Assembly: GCA_016187925.1 (NCBI GenBank)
Contig: JACPIS010000040.1
Span: 37,242-101,241 of the forward strand
Source of the DNA: Opitutia bacterium
GTDB taxonomy: Bacteria; Verrucomicrobiota; Verrucomicrobiia; Opitutales; Opitutaceae
Reading direction: 5' to 3'
Length of the DNA: 64,000 nt
The notes below the pieces were generated by a model. The model was not told where the DNA came from. It was given only the letters and a program-made list of their open reading frames with translations, and searched no databases. Positions 33,367-41,823 of the stretch are shown piece after piece. The translations under genes and the position numbers were made by a program. Position 1 is the stretch's first letter; the number at the start of each line of letters is the position of its first letter.

Positions 33367-33777
33367 CTACTGGTGTTTCACCAGCGCCGCGACGGCCATC
33401 GCGTGGGTGTCGATGTGCGAGAGGCTGAGCCAGACGTGCGTGGCGCCGACCTGGTGCAGGAGCGCGGTGGCTTTGGCGTCGAGGTGGACGAGCGGCTCCT
33501 TGCGCGAGCCGTGGTAGACGGAGATGGATGTCCAGTCGAGGTGCGGGCCGATGCCGGTGGTGAAGCACTTCGACACGGCCTCCTTGGCGGCCCAGCGCGC
33601 GGCGTAGTGCTTGTGCGGGTGGCCGAGGCTGTCGCAGTAGGCGCGCTCCTCGTCGGTGAACACACGCTTGAGAAAGCGCTCGCCGTGCTTCTCGAGCACC
33701 TTGCGGATGCGCTCGGTCTCAATCAGGTCGCAGCCGAGGCCGATGAGGGTGCCGCCGGGAGGAAGGACGATATTCAT
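33367..33777 (-). CDS. acpS: Holo-[acyl-carrier-protein] synthase
   Basis: Contains IGLGCDLIETERI and WAAKEA..K motifs. The start was chosen at ATG 33777 (MNIVLPP). Confidence 0.9.
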   Translation of the reverse strand: MNIVLPPGGTLIGLGCDLIETERIRKVLEKHGERFLKRVFTDEERAYCDSLGHPHKHYAARWAAKEAVSKCFTTGIGPHLDWTSISVYHGSRKEPLVHLDAKATALLHQVGATHVWLSLSHIDTHAMAVAALVKHQ

Positions 33778-33792
33778 GCGGGATCCAAAGTG

Positions 33793-33969
33793 CCCACGAA
33801 ACACACGAAACGACACGAAATTCTGAATTGGCCGGAAGTTGTCATTCTGAGCGAAGCGCAGAATCCAACGACAGGTGCGGTGCGCTCAAGCGTGGATCCT
33901 TCGCTTCGCTCAGGATGACATGGTGCGGGAAATGGAGGCACTTTCGTGTCCTTTCGTGTGTTTCGTGGG
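33793..33969. repeat. Nested composite palindrome: outer CACGAAA arrays enclosing a GTCATTCTGAGCGAAGCG...GGATCC element
   Basis: The outer arms are CCCACGAAACACACGAAACGACACGAAA and CTTTCGTGTCCTTTCGTGTGTTTCGTGGG. The inner arms are GTCATTCTGAGCGAAGCGCAGAATCC (33841-33866) and GGATCCTTCGCTTCGCTCAGGATGAC (33894-33919). Confidence 0.85.
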
Positions 33970-33977
33970 CTTAGCGC

Positions 33978-34721
33978 TCAGGGATTCATTCGCGCCTTCA
34001 TCTCGCGGACGGCTTCCTCGATGCCGGTGAAGAGGGCGCGGCTGATGATGCTGTGGCCGATGTTGAGCTCGTGCAGGTGCGGGATGGTGCGGACCTCGGC
34101 GATGTTGATGTAATTGATGCCGTGGCCGGCGTTGACGACGAGGCCGAGGGCGTGCGCCTGCGTGGCGCCGACGGAGAGGCGCCTGAACTCATCGGCGCGC
34201 GCCGGACCGTGGTAGGCGTTGGCGTAGGCGCCGGTGTGCAGCTCGACCCACGGCGCGCGGAGCTTGGCGGTGAGGGCGATCTGGTGCTCGTCGGCGTCGA
34301 TGAAGAGGCTGGTCTGGATGCCGGCGGCGTTCATGGCGTCGGTCACGCGCGCGACCTTGTCGCGATGCTTCACGACGTCGAGGCCGCCCTCGGTGGTGAT
34401 CTCCTCGCGGCTCTCGGGCACGAGGCAGACGGAATGCGGCTTCAGGCGCAACGCGAGCGCGGTCATCTCCGGCGTGCACGCCATCTCGAGGTTGACCCGG
34501 GTGGTGGCGGCCTCGCACAGCCGGTCGACGTCGCGGTCCTGGATGTGGCGGCGGTCCTCGCGGAGATGGATGGTGATGCCGTCCGCGCCGGCGCGCTCGC
34601 AAAGGAGCGCCAGGGCGACGGGATCGGGCTCGACGTTGCCGCCCGCGGTGGCGCCGGCCTGCCGGTAGCGGGCCTGGCGCACGGTGGCGCAGTGGTCGAT
34701 ATTGACGCCGAGGAGGATCAT
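33978..34721 (-). CDS. pdxJ: Pyridoxine 5'-phosphate synthase
   Basis: Contains LGVNIDHCATVRQAR, HLREDRRHI and GHGINY motifs. The start is ATG 34721. Confidence 0.94.
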   Translation of the reverse strand: MILLGVNIDHCATVRQARYRQAGATAGGNVEPDPVALALLCERAGADGITIHLREDRRHIQDRDVDRLCEAATTRVNLEMACTPEMTALALRLKPHSVCLVPESREEITTEGGLDVVKHRDKVARVTDAMNAAGIQTSLFIDADEHQIALTAKLRAPWVELHTGAYANAYHGPARADEFRRLSVGATQAHALGLVVNAGHGINYINIAEVRTIPHLHELNIGHSIISRALFTGIEEAVREMKARMNP

Positions 34722-34771
34722 GCGGTCGAGGTTGACAGTAGAGGGGCGCCCCCTCTGCTTGGCAAAACGAA

Positions 34772-35542
34772 ATGACCGCCCCGACCCCTTCAGCGCCCAA
34801 GCCAAAACCCGAGAACCTGTGGCTGAACCTGATCTGCAACGTCGCGCTGCCGACGGCGATCCTGACGTGGGGCAGCAGCGACAAGGCGCTCGGACCGAAG
34901 TGGGGCTTGCTGGTCGCCCTCGCCTTTCCCATCGCTTACGGCGTCCACGACTTCGCGCGGCGGCGGCGGATGAATTTCATCTCGATCATCGGCTTCGCCA
35001 GCGTGCTGATCTCGGGCGGCTTCGGATTGCTGAAGCTCGATGGCTTCTGGTTCGCGGTGAAGGACGCCGCGATCCCCGGCCTGATCGGCGTGGCCGTGCT
35101 CGCCTCGATGCGCGCCAAGGAGCCGCTCGTGCATGAGATGCTCTACAACCCGCAGGTGATCGACATCGAGAAGGTGGACGCGGCGCTGACCGCGCGCGGC
35201 GCGCAGGGGGATTTCCAGCAGCTCATGCGCTCGTCGAGCTACCTGCTCGCGCTGGCGTTCGGCGTCAGCGCCGTGCTGAACTTTTTCCTCGCCCGCTACC
35301 TGATCAAGAGCCCGCCCGGCACGGAGGCGTTCAACGCCGAGCTCGCCAAGATGCACCTGTGGAACTGGCCGGTGATCGTGCTGCCCAGCATGGCGATGAT
35401 GCTCTACGCGCTCTTCCGGCTGCTGAAGGGGCTGGAGAAACTGACCGGGCTGACGTTCGATGAAATCATGCACCAGCCCCCGGACAAGAAAACCGCCGCC
35501 CCGGTGACGGAAGCGGCGGGCGAGAAGATGGACGGGGTCTGA
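34772..35542 (+). CDS. Multi-pass inner-membrane protein of unknown function
   Basis: 256 aa with about 6 hydrophobic segments. The N-terminal NLWLNLICNVALPTAILTW block resembles what I recall being labelled the VC0807 family (unverified). Confidence 0.6.
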   Translation: MTAPTPSAPKPKPENLWLNLICNVALPTAILTWGSSDKALGPKWGLLVALAFPIAYGVHDFARRRRMNFISIIGFASVLISGGFGLLKLDGFWFAVKDAAIPGLIGVAVLASMRAKEPLVHEMLYNPQVIDIEKVDAALTARGAQGDFQQLMRSSSYLLALAFGVSAVLNFFLARYLIKSPPGTEAFNAELAKMHLWNWPVIVLPSMAMMLYALFRLLKGLEKLTGLTFDEIMHQPPDKKTAAPVTEAAGEKMDGV

Positions 35543-35570
35543 CGAGGCGCGCGGCCGTTAGGAAACCGAT

Positions 35571-35651
35571 GGAGGGCGCGTCTCCTGACGCGCCGCGGGG
35601 ACGCGGGCCCTCCCGGCAAAAGTAAAGGCGGGGTCGGCGACCCCGCCCTAC
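35571..35651. repeat. REP-like cluster (GGAGGGCGCGTCTCCTGACGCGCC...GGGCCCTCCC plus GGCGGGGTCGGCGACCCCGCCCTAC)
   Basis: GC-rich hairpins between convergent genes. The second unit matches the 27784..27861 family. Confidence 0.75.
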
Positions 35652-35682
35652 AGAGGAAAAGATTCTCTGCGACTGCCCGGGC

Positions 35683-36981
35683 TCAGCTGCGCTTGGCCAT
35701 CGGCACGTAGTCGCGCTTGGGCGAGCCGACGAAGATCTGGCGCGGGCGGTAGATGCGGCCCTTGGCGTTGGAGGCGACTTCCCGCCAGTTGGCGATCCAG
35801 CCCGGCGAGCGGCCGATGGCGAACATGACGGTGAACATGTTCGTGGGGATGCCGAGCGCGCGGAAGATGATGCCGGAATAGAAATCGACGTTCGGGTAGA
35901 GTTTGCGCGAGATGAAGTAGTCGTCCTTCAGCGCGGCCTGTTCGAGGTTCTGGGCGATGTCGAGCAACGGGTCGGACTTGCCGAGTTTGTTGAGCACGAC
36001 GCCGCAAGCCTTGCCGATGACGCGGGCGCGCGGGTCGAAGTTCTTGTAGACCGCGTGGCCGAAGCCCATGAGGCGGTTGCCCTTCGAGCCGGACTTGGCG
36101 GCGGCGATGAAGCGCGTGCCGTCGTCGCCCTCGTCGTGGATCGACTGGAGCATCTGCATGACGGCGACGTTGGCGCCGCCGTGGAGCGGGCCGGAGAGGG
36201 CGTTGACGCCGGCGGCGAGCGAGGTGAAGAGGTTCGCACCGCTGGAGCCGACCATGCGCACCGTGGAGGTGCTGCAGTTCTGCTCGTGGTCGGAGTGCAT
36301 CAGGAGGATGAGGTTCAGCGCCTGCGTGACCTCGGGGATGGAGACGTACTCCTGGTACGGCTCAGAGAACATCAGGTGCAGGAAATTGTCGCAGAACGGC
36401 AGGTCCTTCGGGTGCATGAAGGGCAGCCCGCGGGTGTGGCGGTAGATCATCGCGCCGAGCGTGCGGATCTTCGAGATGGCGATGGCGGCGGCGAGGTCGA
36501 ACTGCTGGAGATCCTTCTCGAAATTGTTCGTGGCGAGCTGCGGGTAATAGGCCGCGAGGGCGCCGACCAGCGAGGAGAGGATGGCCATCGGCGGGGCGTC
36601 CTTGGGGAAGCCTTCGAAGAGGCGCTGCATCTGCGTCTCGACGTGCGCGTTTTCGCGGAGGAGGTTGCCGAAATTCTTGCGCTGCTCCTGCGTGGGCAGC
36701 TCGCCGTAGATGACGAGGTAGGCGGTCTCGACGAACTCCGAGTGCTCGGCCAACTGCTCGATGGGATAGCCGCGGTGGCGGAGGATGCCGTTGTCGCCGT
36801 CGAGGTAGGTGACGGCGCTCTCGCACGAGCCGGTGTTGCCGTAGCCCTGGTCGTAGAAAATATAGCCGGTGTCCTGGCGGAGCTTGCGGGCGTCGACGGC
36901 CTTTTCGCCTTCGGTGCCGATCATCACGGGCAGGGCGATCTCCTTGTCGTCGATTCTAAGCGTAGCGGTCTTCGATTGCAT
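35683..36981 (-). CDS. gltA: Citrate synthase (type II)
   Basis: 432 aa. Contains [17 protein letters not shown] and [14 protein letters not shown] motifs. Confidence 0.96.
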   Translation of the reverse strand: MQSKTATLRIDDKEIALPVMIGTEGEKAVDARKLRQDTGYIFYDQGYGNTGSCESAVTYLDGDNGILRHRGYPIEQLAEHSEFVETAYLVIYGELPTQEQRKNFGNLLRENAHVETQMQRLFEGFPKDAPPMAILSSLVGALAAYYPQLATNNFEKDLQQFDLAAAIAISKIRTLGAMIYRHTRGLPFMHPKDLPFCDNFLHLMFSEPYQEYVSIPEVTQALNLILLMHSDHEQNCSTSTVRMVGSSGANLFTSLAAGVNALSGPLHGGANVAVMQMLQSIHDEGDDGTRFIAAAKSGSKGNRLMGFGHAVYKNFDPRARVIGKACGVVLNKLGKSDPLLDIAQNLEQAALKDDYFISRKLYPNVDFYSGIIFRALGIPTNMFTVMFAIGRSPGWIANWREVASNAKGRIYRPRQIFVGSPKRDYVPMAKRS

Positions 36982-37139
36982 GTCGGGGTGTAAGTAAGCT
37001 GGCGGAAATCAGGTCCGATGCAAAGCAAAGCTAGGGCCAAACACGAGCCGTTCCGACAAATAAGCCACACAAGCCGTGGCTTTTAGAAAAAGTGAAACGG
37101 CGGCCGGAGCGTGGTTGGAGCCGGCCCGAGGCGCGGCGC

Positions 37140-37916
37140 TTACGGTTTCGGCAGCAACGTCGGCACGGCGAACTCGCTGGCCGGGAGGTTCTCGTTCACC
37201 TTGATGCTATCGAAGGTGATGGTCGTGACGTCGCCCGTCGGGGTCTTGTTGAAGAGCTTCTTCGGGTAGCGGACGCCGTCGATGATGGTCTCGCCCTCCT
37301 CGCGAATCTCCCCGCCGGTTTCCGTGACAGTCTTGACCAGGCGGCCGGTGTCCTTGTCGAAATAGCGCAAAAAGGTGATGTTATCGGCGTGGCTGAAGAG
37401 CAGTTTCACGCAGGGCTTGCCGTCGACCGTCTCCTCGCCCCGCAACTGGATGTTGCCGCCCAACCGCTCGATGCCGCGGTAGAACGAAAGGTTCTCCCAA
37501 GTGTTGGCGCGGAGGCGCTTGATCTGGTTGGGATCGAGCAGCGTCAGCTGCCACTGGTCCTCCTTGTTGGCGTCGGCCCGGCGCATCCAGCCGTCGTAAC
37601 CGTCGAGTGCGGTGGTCTCGACGACCTTGTCCGAACGCAGCACGATGCGCTGCCGGTAGGGTTTTTGGAAAACGATGTCGATGCCCAGCCGGAGGGGCAC
37701 GGTGGTCATGACCTTGGGGTCGGCCTTGGAGGGCACCTGCTGGGTGGTCTCCAGCGTACCCTTGAAATGGACCGACCAGACGGCATCGAGGGCGCTGTCA
37801 CTGCCGAGGGCGGCCCGGGCCTTGGCAATCCACGCGTCAATCTGCGCGTCGGCGAAGGCGGACAGGGTCAGGACCGAGAACAAAGCAAACAGCCGGAAAA
37901 CTAGACGAACTTTCAT
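37140..37916 (-). CDS. Secreted LolA-fold / outer-membrane lipoprotein-sorting-like protein
   Basis: Signal peptide MKVRLVFRLFALFSVLTLSAFA. The beta-rich body has a ...VDGKPCVKL... block typical of that fold. The family call is tentative. Confidence 0.5.
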   Translation of the reverse strand: MKVRLVFRLFALFSVLTLSAFADAQIDAWIAKARAALGSDSALDAVWSVHFKGTLETTQQVPSKADPKVMTTVPLRLGIDIVFQKPYRQRIVLRSDKVVETTALDGYDGWMRRADANKEDQWQLTLLDPNQIKRLRANTWENLSFYRGIERLGGNIQLRGEETVDGKPCVKLLFSHADNITFLRYFDKDTGRLVKTVTETGGEIREEGETIIDGVRYPKKLFNKTPTGDVTTITFDSIKVNENLPASEFAVPTLLPKP

Positions 37917-37972
37917 GGGGTGACTGACATCCAAACTGGTTGCCGGTGCCGTCCTGCGCAAGGGGGAACTGC

Positions 37973-39514
37973 TCACTCCCACTCGATGGTCGCCGGCGGC
38001 TTCGAGCTGATATCGAGCACCACCCGGCTGACGCCCCGCACCTCGTTGGTGATGCGGCTGGAGATCTTCTGCAGCAGGTCGTGGGGCACCCGGGCCCAGT
38101 CGGCCGTCATGGCATCGGTGCTTTCGACGATGCGGAGGGCGATGACGTAGTCGTAGGTGCGCTCGTCGCCGAACACGCCGACGGTCTTCACCGGCAGGAA
38201 GACGGCGAAGGACTGCCAGACCTTCCAGTAGAGGCCCGACTGCATCATCTCCTCCTGCAGGACGGCGTCGGCATTGCGCAGGATCTCGAGTTTCTCGGCG
38301 GTGATGTCGCCCATCACGCGCACACCGAGGCCGGGGCCCGGGAAGGGCTGGCGCCAGACGACCTCGCGCGGCAGACCGAGGGCCGCGCCGACCCGGCGCA
38401 CCTCGTCCTTGAACAGCTCGCGGAGCGGCTCGATGAGCTTGAGCTTCATGCGCGCGGGCAGGCCGCCGACGTTGTGGTGGGTCTTGATGAGCGAGGCGGG
38501 GTTGCCCTGGATCGACACGGACTCGATGACGTCAGGGTAAAGCGTCCCCTGCCCCAGGAACTCGGCGTGGTGGCCGATCTGCTTGAGCGTCTTCTCGAAA
38601 ACCTCGACGAAGGTGCGGCCGATGATCTTGCGCTTGGTCTCGGGCTCGGTGACGCCCTTGAGGCGCTTGAGGAAGAGCGCGGAAGCGTCGACGACACGCA
38701 GGTCGATATGGAAATGCTTCCCGTAAAGCTCGCGCACGTAGTCGCGCTCGCCCTTGCGGAGCAGGCCGTTGTCCACGAACACGCAGGTGAGCTGCTTGCC
38801 GATGGCTTTGTGGAGGAGCGCGGCGGCCACGGAGGAATCGACACCGCCGGAGAGGCCGAGGAGCACGCGGCCCTTGCCCACCTTGGCGCGGATGTCGGCC
38901 ACGGCGTGGGCGATGAAGTCCTTGGTCGTCCAGTCCTGCTCCGCCCCGCAGACGCCTACGAGGAAGTTGCGGATCATGTCCACGCCGCGCTCCGTGTGGA
39001 AAACCTCGGGATGAAACTGGATGCCGTAGAAGCCGCGCTTGGCGTCCTCGATCGCGGAATAGGGCGAGTTCTCGGACACGCCGGTGGCGACGAAGCCCGG
39101 CGGGAGCTGGGCGAGCTTGTCGCCATGGGAGTTCCAGATGCGGAGCTTGCGCGGGAGGCCCTTGAAGAGCTTGCCGGGCTTCTTGATGGTCAGGTGGCCG
39201 TGGCCGTATTCGCGCGCCTTGCTGTGCTCGACCTTGCCGCCGAGGAAATGGCCCATGAGCTGCACGCCGTAGCAGATGCCGAGGACGGGCACGCCGAGTT
39301 GGAAGATTTCCGGATCGGGATGCGGGGCCTGGCGCGCGTAAACGCTTTGCGGGCCGCCGGAGAGGATGATGCCAATGACTCCTTCTTCGCGGAGTTTGGC
39401 GGCCGGCGTGCTGAAGTGGTAGATCTTCGAGTAGACCTGCGACTCGCGGATGCGGCGGGCGATGACCTGCGTCAGTTGGGAACCAAAATCGAGGACGGCG
39501 ATTGTCTGTGCCAT
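37973..39514 (-). CDS. guaA: GMP synthase (glutamine-hydrolysing)
   Basis: GATase domain (GICYG.Q), SGGVDSS PP-loop, and a C-terminal ...KPPATIEWE. Confidence 0.97.
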   Translation of the reverse strand: MAQTIAVLDFGSQLTQVIARRIRESQVYSKIYHFSTPAAKLREEGVIGIILSGGPQSVYARQAPHPDPEIFQLGVPVLGICYGVQLMGHFLGGKVEHSKAREYGHGHLTIKKPGKLFKGLPRKLRIWNSHGDKLAQLPPGFVATGVSENSPYSAIEDAKRGFYGIQFHPEVFHTERGVDMIRNFLVGVCGAEQDWTTKDFIAHAVADIRAKVGKGRVLLGLSGGVDSSVAAALLHKAIGKQLTCVFVDNGLLRKGERDYVRELYGKHFHIDLRVVDASALFLKRLKGVTEPETKRKIIGRTFVEVFEKTLKQIGHHAEFLGQGTLYPDVIESVSIQGNPASLIKTHHNVGGLPARMKLKLIEPLRELFKDEVRRVGAALGLPREVVWRQPFPGPGLGVRVMGDITAEKLEILRNADAVLQEEMMQSGLYWKVWQSFAVFLPVKTVGVFGDERTYDYVIALRIVESTDAMTADWARVPHDLLQKISSRITNEVRGVSRVVLDISSKPPATIEWE

Positions 39515-39583
39515 GCGAAGTTATGGGGGAAGGGCCGCGCGCGAATCAATCCCTTTTCCTGCGGCCCTCCGCCCCAATGCGTC

Positions 39584-41359
39584 CTAATGGCCGGCCGGCT
39601 GGTCCAGCCAGGCCCGGATGTGCGCCTCGAGCACGGCGAGCGGCATGGCGCCTTCCCGCAGTATCTCGTCATGGAAGCCCCGGAGGTCGAACCGGGCGCC
39701 GAGCTGCTGCTCGCCCCGGGTCCGGAGCTCGCGGATCTTGAGCTGGCCAATCTTGTAGCCGAGCGCCTGGCCGGGCCAGGCCATGTAACGCTCGATCTCG
39801 GCCTGCTGTTTGTCCGGGGTCCCGCCCTCGTTCTCCGCCCCGTAGGCCAGGGCCTGCTCGCGCGTCCAGCCCTTGGCGTGCAGGCCGGTGTCGACCACGA
39901 GCCGCACGGCCCGGTGCATGTCGCCGAACAGCATCCCGAGGTACTGGTAGGGGTCGGCGTAGACCCCGAGCTCACGACCGAGACTCTCGGTGTAGAGCGC
40001 CCAGCCCTCGACGTAGGCGTTGCTGGCGTCGCAGCGGCGGAAACGCGGCAGGCCGGTGTTCTCCAGCGCGAGGGAGATTTGGAAATGGTGACCGGGGATC
40101 GCCTCGTGCAGGAACAGATCCTCCATGCGCGGCGTGGTGAACTTCCGGGCGTCGACGATGGGCACATAAAAGATTCCCGGGCGGGTGCCGTCCGCGGCGC
40201 CGGCGCTGTATTCCGCCGAGGCCGCCGCGGCGCGAAACGCCTCGGTGGCACGGATCTCGAACTTGGTGCGCGGCACACGGCCGAAGAATTTCGGGATGTT
40301 GGCCATGACGCGCACCTCGATGGCCCGGTAGCCGTTGAGCACTTCCTCCTCGCTCTTGAACGGCGTGAACTGCGGGTCGGTGGCGACGAATTTCAGGAAA
40401 TCGTTCAGGGTGCCCTTGAAGCCGACCTGCGCCTGGACCTTCTCCATCTCGCCGCGGATGCGGGCCACCTCGTGCAGGCCGAGCTCGTGGATCTGTTCCG
40501 GCGTCAGCGCGGTGGTCGTCTGCAACCGGACACAATAGGCGTAGAGCTCCTTGCCTCCGGGCAACGCGCCGACGCCCGCGGTGTCGCGGCAGTGCGGCAG
40601 GTATTCGTCACGGATGAAGGCGTGCAACCGGGCGTAGGCGGGCAGCACGATGCCGCGGAGGCCGGCGCGGTAGTCGGCGGCGAGCTTGTCCTTGTCCGCC
40701 GCGCTGAGATCGGCCGGGAGTTTTTGCAGGGGACCGAAGAAGATGTTCTTCGCCTCATCGTCGGCCATGAGCGGTTCGAGCTGCGGCAGCACGCGCTCCA
40801 TGAGGATGCGCGGTGGCACGACGCCCTTGGCCACGCCCTCCTGCATGTTGGCGATGGCGGTGTCGACCCACACACTGAAGCCGCGCGCGCGGCTGAGGAA
40901 GTTGCGGAAATCCTGCGCGGTGTTGAACGGGTGGGCGGAGGTCCCCGAGCCCATCTGGGCAAAGACCAACGTCGGGCAGTTGAACTGGTTGACCGGCAGC
41001 AGGTGCAACGACTGCCGCAAGCCCTCGCGGCGGAGCGTGAGATTCCACCGCAACATGTCGTAGCTGAGCTGGTCGGTCGTGGAGAGCGCGGCGCGGTCAT
41101 ATTTCGCCAGTGTGCCCAGATATTTCTCGCACAGGGCGGCGACCTGGGCGCGGTGTTCGGCGCCGATGTCGTTCGGCCAGACCGCCTCGTAGCGGTGGTC
41201 GTTGTCGCCGTTGACGGCGGCCTCGACGGGAAACAGCGCGAGGTATTCCTCGTAATAGTTGTCGAGTGTCGCATGGAAGCGCGACACGACCGCATCGTCG
41301 GCCCGGAGGGCGGTGCAAAGCGCGAGAATCAGAAGCGTGGGAATCAGGCGTTTCAGCAT
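39584..41359 (-). CDS. DUF885-family protein (metallopeptidase-like), secreted
   Basis: Signal peptide MLKRLIPTLLILALCTALRA, an HEAIPGHH motif, and size and blocks typical of DUF885. Confidence 0.8.
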   Translation of the reverse strand: MLKRLIPTLLILALCTALRADDAVVSRFHATLDNYYEEYLALFPVEAAVNGDNDHRYEAVWPNDIGAEHRAQVAALCEKYLGTLAKYDRAALSTTDQLSYDMLRWNLTLRREGLRQSLHLLPVNQFNCPTLVFAQMGSGTSAHPFNTAQDFRNFLSRARGFSVWVDTAIANMQEGVAKGVVPPRILMERVLPQLEPLMADDEAKNIFFGPLQKLPADLSAADKDKLAADYRAGLRGIVLPAYARLHAFIRDEYLPHCRDTAGVGALPGGKELYAYCVRLQTTTALTPEQIHELGLHEVARIRGEMEKVQAQVGFKGTLNDFLKFVATDPQFTPFKSEEEVLNGYRAIEVRVMANIPKFFGRVPRTKFEIRATEAFRAAAASAEYSAGAADGTRPGIFYVPIVDARKFTTPRMEDLFLHEAIPGHHFQISLALENTGLPRFRRCDASNAYVEGWALYTESLGRELGVYADPYQYLGMLFGDMHRAVRLVVDTGLHAKGWTREQALAYGAENEGGTPDKQQAEIERYMAWPGQALGYKIGQLKIRELRTRGEQQLGARFDLRGFHDEILREGAMPLAVLEAHIRAWLDQPAGH

Positions 41360-41487
41360 GGGGAAATGGCTAACCACTCACGCACGCTAATCGATACAAA
41401 TGCGGCGGAGAGAGGCACACCCGCGATGACTGCGGCCTGCCATCTGTTCGAGCGCGCGGCGGCGGGAACATCCGCCCCGGCAGGCCT

Positions 41488-41724
41488 TCAGAATTTCAAC
41501 CGGGTATTCTGGTGTCCGCACTTGGGGCAAGGCGCGGTGGCGGTGCCGGCTTTCTCCGTGTAGAGCGTGTCGCACCGGATGCAGTGGAAGCTGATCTTCC
41601 GGCGGCCCGCATCGTAGAGCGCCCGGTCACGGCGGTCATAGTAGACCCAGAGGAAGCCGAATACGCCCAGCACCAGCAGGCCGTAGAGAACGACATCGAG
41701 GGTGAAATCAGGCGGCGTGACCAT
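41488..41724 (-). CDS. Small membrane-anchored zinc-ribbon protein (78 aa)
   Basis: One TM segment (VVLYGLLVLGVFGFLWVYY) followed by CIRC-X17-CPKC. Third codon positions are GC-rich. This is the C-terminal part of the long 41488..43716 artefact ORF. Confidence 0.5.
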   Translation of the reverse strand: MVTPPDFTLDVVLYGLLVLGVFGFLWVYYDRRDRALYDAGRRKISFHCIRCDTLYTEKAGTATAPCPKCGHQNTRLKF

Positions 41725-41823
41725 GCCGCAGCATCGGACGGAGCCCGCGCCGCGCCAAGGGCAAATGAAGACACACTTCTCCCTCGCGCCCTTGCGCGCG
41801 CAACGCATCCTCGGCATTTGCGT

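Noticed and set aside
37062-37082. Hairpin AAGCCAC-N7-GTGGCTT between the gltA start and the LolA-like gene end
   Set aside because: It could be a terminator for the LolA-like gene. However, the minus-strand T-tract is weak (TATTTGT), and the better T-run lies on the plus strand, where no gene ends. It is too ambiguous to call.
39525-39575. Imperfect GC-rich inverted repeat GGGGGAAGGGCCGC ... GCGGCCCTCCGCCCC between the DUF885 stop and the guaA start
   Set aside because: There is no U-tract and I noticed no second copy. It may be a stem-loop in the guaA leader, but support is insufficient.
37940-41563. 1207-aa ORF on the plus strand
   Set aside because: It runs antisense across guaA, DUF885 and the spacer between them. 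It is low-complexity and is a GC-artefact ORF.
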